Source: Desulfovibrio sp. (GTDB taxonomy: Bacteria; Desulfobacterota; Desulfovibrionia; Desulfovibrionales; Desulfovibrionaceae). Taken from it: a stretch of DNA of 64,000 nt. Shown piece after piece: positions 29,483 to 39,412 of the stretch (position 1 is the stretch's first letter; each line of letters opens with the position of its first letter). The notes under the pieces were generated by a model. It was not told where the DNA came from, made no database searches, and saw nothing but the letters and a program-made list of their open reading frames with translations. The position numbers were made by a program, and so were the translations under genes. The stretch is from NCBI GenBank assembly GCA_017450275.1, contig JAFSVD010000033.1:7918-71917 (forward strand), read 5' to 3'.

Positions 29483-32389
29483 ATGGAATATTCTGGTTTT
29501 CAGTTGTTGGAACAACGCCAACTCAAAGAGGTCTGGGGAACAGCCTCACTGTGGGAACACAAAGGCACAAAAGCCCAATGCCTTTCCATCACCAATACCG
29601 ATGAAAATAAATGCTTTGGCGTGTGTTTCAGAACGCCACCTACCAATTCCACCGGCGTTGCCCATATTATGGAGCACTCGGTTTTATGTGGTTCCCAAAA
29701 ATATCCTGTCAAGGAACCCTTTGTGGAATTGCTCAAAGGATCTTTGCAGACCTTTCTCAATGCCTTCACCTTCCCCGACAAGACCTGCTATCCGGTTGCC
29801 AGTGCCAATCTGCAAGACTTCTATAATCTTATTGATGTCTATCTCGATTGTGTCTTTCATCCCATGCTGTCTGAAGACATCTTCCGCCAGGAAGGATGGC
29901 ATATTGAAGCAGATGATCTCCATACTCCGTGGGTCTACAAGGGTGTTGTGTTTAACGAGATGAAAGGAGCCTATTCTTCTCCCGATTCTGTCCTTGCAGA
30001 GCAAAGCCAGCAGTCGATCTTTCCCGACATGCTCTACCGCTTTGATTCAGGGGGCAATCCGGAAGAAATCCCCAATTTGACCTATGAGGCCTTCCGTGCC
30101 TTCCACGATACCTACTACCATCCATCCAACGCCCGCTTCTTTTTCTGGGGGGATGATCCTGAAGAAGAGCGCTTTGCCATTCTTGAACGCACCCTGGCCA
30201 ACTACACCTTTAAAGCGGTTGACTCCCATATTCCCCTGCAACAAGCCCTGAAAGAACCCGTGTATCGAGAAATTTTCTATGCAGCGGGCAACGAACAGCA
30301 AAAAGCCATGTTCACTATGAACTGGCTCTTAGCCGAGCGGGGCAATGTCCTTGAAGCGCTGCAAATGGAGATGCTCAGCCACATTTTGGAGGGGATGCCG
30401 GGGAGCCCCTTACAAAGAGCCCTGATTGAATCCGGCCTGGGTGAAGATACCGCTGGATGCGGGCTTGAGACCGATCTTCGGCAAATGTACTACTCAACGG
30501 GTCTCAAAGGCATTGCGGCAAAGGATATTCCCAAAGCCGAAGCCCTCATCCATACCACCCTTCAGAATCTCGTCAAACACGGTATTCCTCAAAGCACCAT
30601 CGACGCCGCCGTCAATACGGTGGAATTCGACTACAGAGAAAGCAATACCGGTCGTTTCCCTCGCGGCCTGGTTGCCATGATCAATGCCTTGGCGACCTGG
30701 CTCTACGATGGCAATCCCATTGATGCTCTGGCCTGGGAGACGCCTCTTCGGCAGATTAAAGAACGCCTTGCTGCCAAGGAACCTGTTTTTGAAGAACTCA
30801 TCTCAAAACGCCTGATCGACAATCCCCATCGCTCAACCGTGGTTGTCAAACCCGATTGCTCACTCGGAACCCAACGCGAACAATCAGAGGCTGACAAACT
30901 CGCGGCGATCCAGGCAAAAGCCGACGCCGAGACAAAGCAAAACCTGGTTGAAACCACCAGGCATCTCAAAGAAATTCAGACAACCCCAGACTCCAAGGAA
31001 GCGCTGGCTACTATTCCCCAGTTAACCCCCGATAATCTGCCGCGCAAAAATACACCGATTCCCGAAACCTGCCTCGATCTCGGCTTTCCCTTCTACGCCC
31101 ACGAGCAGCCAACGGTCGGCATCGCCTATACATCCCTGTTTCTGCCGCTTGGCCACGTTCCAACGCATCTTCTTCCGCTTCTGCCTCTCTATTTCCGGAC
31201 TCTCACCGAAATCGGGACGGAAAAACGGGATTATGTGGCTTTGGGCGATGCTATTTGCGGCCAAACAGGCGGCATCCATTGCGGGATGTTTTTGGCAACA
31301 ACCCTCACAAGCAAACAATGCCTCAGCTATTGTTCGCTTGCAGGGAAGGCGGTCTATGCCAAGGTCGATGCCTTATTCGGACTTTTTGAGGAAATTTTGT
31401 GCCATCCTTTGCGGGATACGCAAAAAATTCTGGATCGTTTAGGGCAAATACTCCTTGAAATTCGGGCAAGCCTGGAAGAGAGTGTGCAGTCAGCAGGCCA
31501 TGCCTTTGTGCAAACACGCCTGCGAGCCAGATACAACCTGCAAGACGCGATTGCCGAGCAAACAAACGGCATAAGTTATCTTGAAAGCATTCGAGCCCTC
31601 GTGCAACGCTTTGAAAAAAATCCTTCCTCGCTGCTTGACGACCTTGCCTGCATTCGATCCGCCTTGCTTGCCCAAGAAGGGGCGTTTTGGAGCTGCACAG
31701 CGGAAGAAGAAGGGCTTAGACGTGTTGCCGATGCAGCGAAAAAACTGCTTCAAACTCTTCCCAAACAGGCAAACGCTCCTCTTGCCTCTCCCCTTGCTCT
31801 GCCCACCTTGCCAAGCCATGAAGCCTTTATCACACCTGCCCGCATCAATTTTGTCGGCAAGGGTGTCAATCTTGCTGCAAAGGGCTGGCATTACCATGGG
31901 TCGGCCAGTGTTATTATGCGCTATCTGCGTATGAGTTATCTGTGGGAAACAGTGCGTGTGCGGGGAGGAGCCTATGGGGCGTTTTGCACGCTCGACCGCG
32001 CCAAAGGTTCGTTGCTGTGTACCTCCTACCGCGATCCCAATGTAGAAGACACGCTCAAAGCCTACGATGATATGGCACTCTTTTTGAAGAATTTTACCCC
32101 TGATACTGCGCAGCTGAACCAAGCCATCGTCGGGGCGGTTGGAGATCTGGACACCTATCATCTCCCCAGTGCCAAGGGATCTCTTGCGCTGTCCCGAACC
32201 CTCACAGAAGATACCGAATCCATGCGCCAAACCATGCGCGAGGAGATGCTCAGCACAACAGCGAAAGACTTCAGAGACTTTAGCGAGATCATAGCACTGC
32301 TCGCCGAGGGCGAAACCTGCGTTATCGGCGGCCAGGAAGCAAGCTTGGCAGCAAAACGCCACAACTGGACAACGACAAAAATTCTCTAA
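29483..32389 (+). CDS. M16C insulinase-family metallopeptidase (PreP/Cym1-like)
   Basis: GVAHIMEHSVLCGS, FLNAFT, GVVFNEMKG, VRVRGGAYG. Confidence 0.95.
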   Translation: MEYSGFQLLEQRQLKEVWGTASLWEHKGTKAQCLSITNTDENKCFGVCFRTPPTNSTGVAHIMEHSVLCGSQKYPVKEPFVELLKGSLQTFLNAFTFPDKTCYPVASANLQDFYNLIDVYLDCVFHPMLSEDIFRQEGWHIEADDLHTPWVYKGVVFNEMKGAYSSPDSVLAEQSQQSIFPDMLYRFDSGGNPEEIPNLTYEAFRAFHDTYYHPSNARFFFWGDDPEEERFAILERTLANYTFKAVDSHIPLQQALKEPVYREIFYAAGNEQQKAMFTMNWLLAERGNVLEALQMEMLSHILEGMPGSPLQRALIESGLGEDTAGCGLETDLRQMYYSTGLKGIAAKDIPKAEALIHTTLQNLVKHGIPQSTIDAAVNTVEFDYRESNTGRFPRGLVAMINALATWLYDGNPIDALAWETPLRQIKERLAAKEPVFEELISKRLIDNPHRSTVVVKPDCSLGTQREQSEADKLAAIQAKADAETKQNLVETTRHLKEIQTTPDSKEALATIPQLTPDNLPRKNTPIPETCLDLGFPFYAHEQPTVGIAYTSLFLPLGHVPTHLLPLLPLYFRTLTEIGTEKRDYVALGDAICGQTGGIHCGMFLATTLTSKQCLSYCSLAGKAVYAKVDALFGLFEEILCHPLRDTQKILDRLGQILLEIRASLEESVQSAGHAFVQTRLRARYNLQDAIAEQTNGISYLESIRALVQRFEKNPSSLLDDLACIRSALLAQEGAFWSCTAEEEGLRRVADAAKKLLQTLPKQANAPLASPLALPTLPSHEAFITPARINFVGKGVNLAAKGWHYHGSASVIMRYLRMSYLWETVRVRGGAYGAFCTLDRAKGSLLCTSYRDPNVEDTLKAYDDMALFLKNFTPDTAQLNQAIVGAVGDLDTYHLPSAKGSLALSRTLTEDTESMRQTMREEMLSTTAKDFRDFSEIIALLAEGETCVIGGQEASLAAKRHNWTTTKIL

Positions 32390-32448
32390 CAAAAACTGCT
32401 CTGGGGGGGGCTCCCCCCAGAGCCAAGCTGCGATGACAACATTTCCTT

Positions 32449-33279
32449 ATGCAAACACCCACAAAACGCCTTTTTTTCGTCCTTGGCATGCACCGAAGTG
32501 GCACAAGCGCTCTCGCACGGGCGCTTCGCGTTCTTGGTATCGACATAGGCGAACACAGATTGGCTCGCAAGGACAATCCCAAGGGATTTTTCGAAAACCA
32601 AGAATTTGTTGCTATCAATGAAGCCCTCTTGGCTGCGCAAGGTATGCACTGGGATAGCTGTAGGCAAACAGTTCCCTTGTGTGTATCGCCCCTGATTGAG
32701 CGTGCCACGCAGTTTCTCACCACCTTTTGCCAAAACCGCCCCTTGGCAGGTCTCAAAGATCCCAGAGCCTCTCGTCTGCTTGCCTTTTGGCGGCCTCTTT
32801 GTGCAAATCTTGATCGAAGCCCAACGATTCTTCTTGCCCTGCGCAATCCCGACAATGTGTGTGCGTCGCTTGCCAAGCGCGACGCCATGGATGCGGAGAA
32901 GGCAACCACGCTGTGGCTCCTCTATACCATAGATGCGCTCACCCAAAGCCAAGGACTTCCCCGTCTCTGTGTTGCCTACGACAATCTTCTCGAAAATCCC
33001 CACAAAGAATTTTCGCGCATGAGTGCCTTGCTTTCGCTCCCGATCAATCCCAAAGAATACAGCCTTTTTGCCAACGATTTTTTAGAGAGATCCTTGCGTC
33101 ACCACACGGCTACAAAAACCGTTGCCTGCACCAATCCAACCATTGCCCATCTCGCCCAAAGGCTCTACCAAAGACTTCTTCCCACAAGCCAAAGCATGCA
33201 AGCAGACGCCCTTGATGCCCAGGATCTCAACGCGCTTGTGGCAACAATTGACCAACGTCTCGCCTCTGTACAATCCTAA
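32449..33279 (+). CDS. sulfotransferase-family protein
   Basis: VLGMHRSGTS PAPS-binding loop, DNPKGFFEN, KDPR, LRNP. Confidence 0.85.
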   Translation: MQTPTKRLFFVLGMHRSGTSALARALRVLGIDIGEHRLARKDNPKGFFENQEFVAINEALLAAQGMHWDSCRQTVPLCVSPLIERATQFLTTFCQNRPLAGLKDPRASRLLAFWRPLCANLDRSPTILLALRNPDNVCASLAKRDAMDAEKATTLWLLYTIDALTQSQGLPRLCVAYDNLLENPHKEFSRMSALLSLPINPKEYSLFANDFLERSLRHHTATKTVACTNPTIAHLAQRLYQRLLPTSQSMQADALDAQDLNALVATIDQRLASVQS

Positions 33280-33880
33280 CACGTTTTCCTAACGGTACCC
33301 CCGGCAAAGACCAAGGCGCTATCAGCATCACGTATTGATTACAAAGACGCAATTGTTCGATTCTTTGGTTTTCTTTATCGTATCTTTCCTTCGAAAGCTT
33401 TGGAAGCGATGCCAGTACTATACAGCTCGCATGGATGTTAAGCAGAAACATCAAGCTATGTCCTTAAAGGCATTCATGCGGTATCGACTCCGGTCGGGAG
33501 AATGGAGGTATAGACTTAGTTTTCCCTCATAAAAACAATCTGCTTAAAACGATTTTATAAGCTCATCTCGAAACAAACAATAAAGAAGGCGTACATCATA
33601 TAGTTGGGAGAAAAATACACAGTTTATACATAATTTGAATTACAAGAACCAAATTCATGCTTTATTATGTTTATTCTCTAATTTGGAACACCGAGGAATT
33701 TTCGATTTGGTGCATCTTCAAATTTTCTTGAACCTCCATAAACCCTCCGTCGTTCGTGGGCTTCAGCTGAAAAACCCTCTTTTCGATCCAAGAAGTCACG
33801 GATTCAGGTACAAAAAAACAAGAGAGCCGGAGACCCGCAAGCAGCCTCTTTTCGGGAAACGCTGGCTACAGGAAGCAGCA

Positions 33881-33920
33881 AAAAAAAAGGGGAGGTGCCC
33901 AACTGTTCAGCTACCCCCCC
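33881..33920 (-). terminator. intrinsic terminator of 33951-34334
   Basis: minus strand GGGGGGGT..ACCTCCCC followed by a long T-run. Confidence 0.7.
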
Positions 33921-33950
33921 ATCCGAGATTCATGCAAATCAAAAGCGATA

Positions 33951-34334
33951 CTAAGATAATTTGGGTAAATCTCGCAAAAGTGATACGGAAAATGTCGCTT
34001 TTCCATCGTGCATATCGGTGAATGTGATACTAATTACATCATTGACAGAATCATCTAAATCATCAAGATCAAAGTCATCCATATCGTCATCATCATCGTC
34101 TTCGTTTTCCAAAGAGAAATCATCCCCGTCATAAATTTCAAACCATTGATTATCAATCTCATCTAAAAGTTCACCAATGTCATCTTCATCAACGTCTTTC
34201 AAAAAAACATCAAAAATAAAATTACCATTATTAGGGAAAATATAAATATGCTTTGAATCATTAGAGACAATCACTGTGGCTGCATCTATATAATATTCTG
34301 TACCATTACAATCAATATAAAATTTTAAAGACAT
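33951..34334 (-). CDS. very acidic, AT-rich hypothetical protein
   Basis: GAGGTG RBS, own terminator, Asp-rich tract. Confidence 0.75.
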   Translation of the reverse strand: MSLKFYIDCNGTEYYIDAATVIVSNDSKHIYIFPNNGNFIFDVFLKDVDEDDIGELLDEIDNQWFEIYDGDDFSLENEDDDDDDMDDFDLDDLDDSVNDVISITFTDMHDGKATFSVSLLRDLPKLS

Positions 34335-34579
34335 ACAAACACCTCTTTTTTGGGTTTTCAACATTTTCGCGTTGCCACCCTGCAGCTCAACGATACCTTA
34401 TCTCGCCTTGTTGAGAGCCGGCCGAAGAAAAAAGAAATAGTCTGTCATTTTCCTTGAAATATTCTTTTTTGTCAAGCATTTCTTCCAATGCAAAAAAAAA
34501 TGGGCTGCTTGACGGATTTGCCTCTATCGGCTATAGCTTGCTCAATTTTCCAGTGCAACCATTGTAAGGAAATCCATCC

Positions 34580-34675
34580 ATGCATACGCTCCTTGCCACA
34601 AGCGCAATCTCTTATACCTACGGACGATTTTATTTTCCGTATTGGTATCTTGCGTCCTGTGGTCAGGGAGGATAA
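34580..34675 (+). CDS. aromatic-rich leader peptide MHTLLATSAISYTYGRFYFPYWYLASCGQGG
   Basis: AAGGA RBS at 34566-34570; 8 aromatic codons within 12 consecutive; upstream of the aro operon. Confidence 0.85.
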   Translation: MHTLLATSAISYTYGRFYFPYWYLASCGQGG

Positions 34676-34706
34676 TGCGTGCTCGTTTGACGCTAGTCTT
34701 GTATAG

Positions 34707-34743
34707 AAGGCCACAGGTGCAAGTCCCTGTGGCCTTTTTTCTT
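34707..34743 (+). terminator. attenuator terminator
   Basis: GGCCACAGG-loop-CCTGTGGCC-T6, about 20 nt before the first operon gene; competing CCTGTGGTC at 34656-34664. Confidence 0.85.
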
Positions 34744-34763
34744 GCATCCAAAAGGAGTCTCCC

Positions 34764-35561
34764 ATGTACCTTGGCAAAAAAATTCGGATGGAACGCATTC
34801 TCAAACGCAACAACGGTCGTACAATCATAGTTCCCATGGATCATGGCGTAAGCATGGGACGTGTGGAAGGACTTATCAATATGCGAGAAACCGTGAGTGA
34901 TCTGGCCGAAGGCGGCGCCGATGCGGTTTTGATGCACAAAGGCCTTGTCCGCTGCGGCTATCGGAGCCGGGGCAAGGATGTAGGACTGATCATCCATCTT
35001 TCCGCTTCCACCGATCTCTCTCCCCATCCTAATACAAAAACACTGGTTGGAACCGTAGAAGAGGCCATTCGTCACGGCGCTGACGCTGTTTCCATCCATG
35101 TCAATATTGGATCCAACAACGAAGCCAAAATGCTCGCCGATTTTGGCAAAATCGCTGCAGCAGCCGACGATTGGGGGATGCCTCTTCTTGCCATGGTCTA
35201 TGCCAGAGGTCCTCAAATCGAAAACAGCTATGATCCCAAACTGATTGCCCATTGCGCCCGCATTGGCGTTGAGCTTGGGGCTGATATTGTCAAAGTCTCC
35301 TATTCAGGAGACATCGACAGCTTTTCGCGCGTTGTTGACAGTTGTTGCGTCCCCGTGGTCATTGCGGGAGGCCAAAAGATGGATTCTGTTCGCGATGTCT
35401 TGCAGATGGTTCACGATTCCCTGTTGGCGGGAGGGGCGGGCATCTCCATTGGCCGCAATGTCTTCCAGCATCCCAATCGTCCGGCTTTGGTTCGTGCGCT
35501 TCGAGCCCTTGTCCACGAAAACGCGAGTGTTGAACAGGCTCTCAGCATTGTCGGAGAATAA
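34764..35561 (+). CDS. 2-amino-3,7-dideoxy-D-threo-hept-6-ulosonate synthase (AroA', class I aldolase)
   Basis: [29 protein letters not shown]; adjacent to DHQ synthase II. Confidence 0.9.
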   Translation: MYLGKKIRMERILKRNNGRTIIVPMDHGVSMGRVEGLINMRETVSDLAEGGADAVLMHKGLVRCGYRSRGKDVGLIIHLSASTDLSPHPNTKTLVGTVEEAIRHGADAVSIHVNIGSNNEAKMLADFGKIAAAADDWGMPLLAMVYARGPQIENSYDPKLIAHCARIGVELGADIVKVSYSGDIDSFSRVVDSCCVPVVIAGGQKMDSVRDVLQMVHDSLLAGGAGISIGRNVFQHPNRPALVRALRALVHENASVEQALSIVGE

Positions 35562-35563
35562 GT

Positions 35564-36547
35564 ATGGCCAAGCTCTATTATCAAAGCGACCCCTTTTCCA
35601 AAGAGGACATAACCCTTGCCCTGGAATCAGGCGTGGATGGCATCATTGTCGCAGCGGAATATGTGGATCGCGTGGCAGCTCTTGCTCGGGTTGACGTCTT
35701 CAGCTTGGAATCGTTTTCCCCCATCCTTTTGCAAAGCAAGGCCGATGAAGAAGAGGCACAAAAAAACCTTGCCCACAATATCCCAACCATTATCAAAGAA
35801 GGCTGGGAGGTTATCCCGATTGAAAATCTCTTGGCGCAAAGCGATCGGGTGATGGTCGAAGTGGGCAATCTGGATGAAGCAAAGCTTGCTGGCGGCATCC
35901 TTGAGCGCGGGGTCTATGCCATGGTGCTTTTACCAAAAACCATCCATGCCATCAAAACCATTGTGGCAGAGTGTGCTCTTGCCCAAAAGTCGGAAGAGCT
36001 TGTGCCAGCCACCATCACAAAGGTTGCGCAGGTGGGGCTGGGACACAGAGTCTGTGTCGACACCCTGACGCTCATGCACAGAGGGCAGGGCATGCTTGTT
36101 GGCAATTCGAGCGCCTTTCTCTTTCTCGTCCATGCTGAGACCGAAGAAAATGCCTATGTTGCCGCACGCCCCTTTCGCATCAATGCTGGCGCAGTGCATG
36201 CCTATGTCCGTATGCCAGGAGACAAAACACGTTATTTGAGCGAACTCAAGGCAGGATCTGAAATCCTTCTTTGCGATGCCACCGGAAAAACCATGCGCTC
36301 AAGCGTTGGCCGCGTCAAAATCGAAGTCCGCCCCATGCTCCTGATCGAAGCAGAAATAGCCACAGAGAACGGCTGCAAACAGGGCGGCATCGTTGTCCAA
36401 AATGCCGAAACCATTCGCCTCACCGCTCCTGACGGCACGCCCGTGAGTGTTGTCTCTCTCAAGGAAGGGGATCAGATTCTTTGCCGAATTGATCAGGCCG
36501 GACGGCACTTTGGGATGCGCATTAGTGAGAATATTGTGGAGGTATAG
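35564..36547 (+). CDS. 3-dehydroquinate synthase II (AroB')
   Basis: WEVIPIENL, GHRVCVD, RPFRINAGAVHAY, GRVKIEVRP, QNAETIRL, GRHFG. Confidence 0.93.
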   Translation: MAKLYYQSDPFSKEDITLALESGVDGIIVAAEYVDRVAALARVDVFSLESFSPILLQSKADEEEAQKNLAHNIPTIIKEGWEVIPIENLLAQSDRVMVEVGNLDEAKLAGGILERGVYAMVLLPKTIHAIKTIVAECALAQKSEELVPATITKVAQVGLGHRVCVDTLTLMHRGQGMLVGNSSAFLFLVHAETEENAYVAARPFRINAGAVHAYVRMPGDKTRYLSELKAGSEILLCDATGKTMRSSVGRVKIEVRPMLLIEAEIATENGCKQGGIVVQNAETIRLTAPDGTPVSVVSLKEGDQILCRIDQAGRHFGMRISENIVEV

Positions 36548-37723
36548 ATGACTATCCCTCCGACAAACGCCAGCGATTCAAACAAAAGTGAAGAACAAAT
36601 GAAAGCAATACGGTCAGCCATTGACCGGATTGATACCCAACTTCTCCAGCTTTTAAATGAACGCGCTCAGTGCAGCAAGGAAATGGGACGCATCAAGGCC
36701 GATACCACGAGTATCATTTTCAAACCGCTGCGAGAAAATGATCTCCTCAACCAATTGGCTCAAAAAAATCCCGGTATCTTGCCCGACGAACATCTTCGCT
36801 CCATCTGGCGGGAGATTCTCTCCTCCTCACGAGCCTTGCAACGTCCTCAAGACATTGCCTATTTGGGGCCTGAGGGAACCTTTTCCTTTTTTGCCGGTAT
36901 TGAATATCTGGGGCATTCAGGAACCTATCATCCCTGCCGTGATATTGCCGAAATTTTTGAAATGGTGCATGAAGGCAAATGCGAATTGGGGGTTGTGCCT
37001 TTAGAAAATTCGCTACAGGGAACTGTTGGGGTGAGTTTTGACCTCTTTCTCAAATACCCACTGGTCATCCAGGCAGAACTTTTTTCCCGCATATCCCATT
37101 GCCTCATGAGCAAGGAACGACAATTTTCAACTATTCAAACAATTTATTCGCACCCTCAGCCTTTGGCGCAATGCAGCACATGGCTTCGCACCCATTTTCC
37201 CGAAGCCGCCTTAGTCCCTATGGCATCGACAGCCAGTGCCGCTCGAAAAGCCAGCGAACAGGAGGGGAGTGCAGCCATAGGCCACAAAGGACTGGCTGCC
37301 ATGACTGGGCTTGGCATTCTCGCTCAGCGCATCGAAGATGCGCCCGGCAATTGGACGCGCTTTGTGATCATAACGCAAGAACAAAAAAGCCTCAAAAAAA
37401 CACAAAACGCTCTTGCCGACAAAACCTCGATGCTTTTTACCCTGCACGATACCCCCGGCGCTCTTTCCCTTGTTCTTTCCTGCCTTGCCAAAGAACATAT
37501 TAATATGCGCAAATTGGAATCTCGGCCTTTACAAGGGGAAACCTGGAAATACGTCTTTTTTGCCGATGTGGAATGCGACCTCACAGCTCCTGCCTATCAG
37601 AATTTGGTGCGTGAACTCTCCAACCACTGCAGCAGCTTTCGCATCCTTGGCAGTTATTGTATGGGATCCCAACTCGATCGAACGATTCCTGCTGAGGATT
37701 CCCCAAGCAACGCTTCGCTCTGA
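36548..37723 (+). CDS. pheA: chorismate mutase/prephenate dehydratase
   Basis: AroQ N-domain, YLGPEGTFS, PLENS, NWTRF, LESRP ACT domain. Confidence 0.95.
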   Translation: MTIPPTNASDSNKSEEQMKAIRSAIDRIDTQLLQLLNERAQCSKEMGRIKADTTSIIFKPLRENDLLNQLAQKNPGILPDEHLRSIWREILSSSRALQRPQDIAYLGPEGTFSFFAGIEYLGHSGTYHPCRDIAEIFEMVHEGKCELGVVPLENSLQGTVGVSFDLFLKYPLVIQAELFSRISHCLMSKERQFSTIQTIYSHPQPLAQCSTWLRTHFPEAALVPMASTASAARKASEQEGSAAIGHKGLAAMTGLGILAQRIEDAPGNWTRFVIITQEQKSLKKTQNALADKTSMLFTLHDTPGALSLVLSCLAKEHINMRKLESRPLQGETWKYVFFADVECDLTAPAYQNLVRELSNHCSSFRILGSYCMGSQLDRTIPAEDSPSNASL

Positions 37724-37766
37724 CCAGTCTGGCATGAGGATGCGCAAGCCTCTTTGCGCATCCTTT

Positions 37767-37888
37767 TGGTCTATTTCATTCACATTGGAGAAAATCCACG
37801 ACCGCAGATCATTCCCAGTTCCTCATCCAGCCGATTAGGACATCTTCCGGCTGAGGAACTGGGGAAAATCTGAATCCGTCATTCGTGG
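37767..37888. repeat. 122-bp inverted copy of 1347-1468 with strong hairpin
   Basis: about 90% identical by eye; CCCAGTTCCTCA..TGAGGAACTGGG stem. Confidence 0.9.
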
Positions 37889-38011
37889 CCTCGGAATCCG
37901 CGAAGAAACGGGTACAATGCACAGGCGGCCTTTTTTTGTCTGAACACAGCGTCTGCCATGATCATTGACCAATGGCACGATCGTATTGAAAGCCCACCCT
38001 CGAGGAGTACT

Positions 38012-39412
38012 ATGGAACACGTTGTACCACCCCAGGATACCGTACGCATTGCCATCCCTGGTTCCAAATCTTTATCGCATCGCTATCTCATCGGTGCAGC
38101 TCTTGCCAAGGGTACCTCAATAGTGTCCAATGTCCAAGAGAGCAACGACGTTCGAATAACCAAACGCATTCTCACACAACTCGGAGCAGCGATAGAAGAC
38201 GATGCTCTTGGTGTACGCGTGACAGGGATTGGTGGTTGCGTGCGCGGGGGTACCAGCCCCATGGAGTGCGATATGGGAGAATCCGGCACAAGCTGTCGAT
38301 TGCTCAGTGCCGTGCTCGCCGCCGGCAACGGCCTTTTTCGCATTTTTGGCCAAGGGCGGATGCACAAACGGCCTATTGGCGAACTCTGCACCCAACTCTC
38401 TTCTCTCGGTGCCGGCATTGTGTATACGGAAAACCCTGGCTATCCACCCTTTCTTCTCCAGGCAAACGGGCTTCACCCCGATTTGGTGCAGGGCAAAGTG
38501 GCTGTTGCCATGGACGACTCGAGCCAGTATTTTTCAGGTCTGCTTCTTGCCTCCCCACTGTGCTCATCCGAACTTGTGCTCGACCTAGGCGGCCGCAAGG
38601 CGATTTCCTGGCCCTATGTGGGACTCACCCTGCAATGTCTTGCCGATTTTGGCATCCCCTTTACCGTACAGACCCGTCCCCATGACCAAGCGCCGTGGCA
38701 GATGCTTGCCCCCACGCAGTGGCGAGAGATTGCCTTGGTACAACCAGGATGTCTCCGTATCACTGTCTCCCCCAAACCCTACCAAAGCGGAACCTTTGCC
38801 ATTGAAGGCGACTGGTCCAATGCCTCGTATTTTTTGGCGGCAGGAGCCTTAGGACAGCATCCAGTGACCGTAGAAGGACTCAGGGAGGATTCGCTCCAGG
38901 GCGATCGCATTATCCTCGATATCCTTACCAAGATGGGTTGCCAAATGGATATTGCGCCGACGAGCGTCACAGTCTATCCTTCACCCCTCCATGGCGTTGA
39001 TTTAGACATGGGTTTTTGTCCGGATCTTGTGCCGACAGTGGCTGTTGTTGCCTCCTTTGCCCATGGTTCAACCCGCATCCGCAATGTCAAGCATCTCCAA
39101 TACAAGGAAAGCAACCGTCTCCAAGCCTCTTGCGAAGAACTCAAAAAAATCGACATTACGATCGACCAACTTTCAGACGGTCTATTGATCAGCGGAAAAA
39201 GCGCCCACAAACGAGGGCAATCCCAGCTTCCAACCCTTCCTGCCGATACACGCTTCCAAAGCCACAACGACCACCGCATAGCCATGTCCTTGGCCATCTT
39301 GGATTGTATCAATCCGAACTTGCAGGTGTATGCGCATATGGATGATCCGCATGTGGTTGACAAATCGTTCCCTGCCTTTTGGGAGAAATGGCGATGTCTT
39401 GTGAGTCACTAA
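38012..39412 (+). CDS. aroA: EPSP synthase
   Basis: PGSKSLSHR, GESGTSCR, SSQYFSGLL, KESNRL, DHRIAM, KSFP. Confidence 0.95.
   Translation: MEHVVPPQDTVRIAIPGSKSLSHRYLIGAALAKGTSIVSNVQESNDVRITKRILTQLGAAIEDDALGVRVTGIGGCVRGGTSPMECDMGESGTSCRLLSAVLAAGNGLFRIFGQGRMHKRPIGELCTQLSSLGAGIVYTENPGYPPFLLQANGLHPDLVQGKVAVAMDDSSQYFSGLLLASPLCSSELVLDLGGRKAISWPYVGLTLQCLADFGIPFTVQTRPHDQAPWQMLAPTQWREIALVQPGCLRITVSPKPYQSGTFAIEGDWSNASYFLAAGALGQHPVTVEGLREDSLQGDRIILDILTKMGCQMDIAPTSVTVYPSPLHGVDLDMGFCPDLVPTVAVVASFAHGSTRIRNVKHLQYKESNRLQASCEELKKIDITIDQLSDGLLISGKSAHKRGQSQLPTLPADTRFQSHNDHRIAMSLAILDCINPNLQVYAHMDDPHVVDKSFPAFWEKWRCLVSH

Noticed and set aside
33280-33540. Short ORFs or a transposase remnant after the sulfotransferase
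   Set aside because: No motif I can support.
33865-33880. GGAAGCAGC as SRP RNA
   Set aside because: The preceding TCAGG-CCGGAA domain IV motif is absent.
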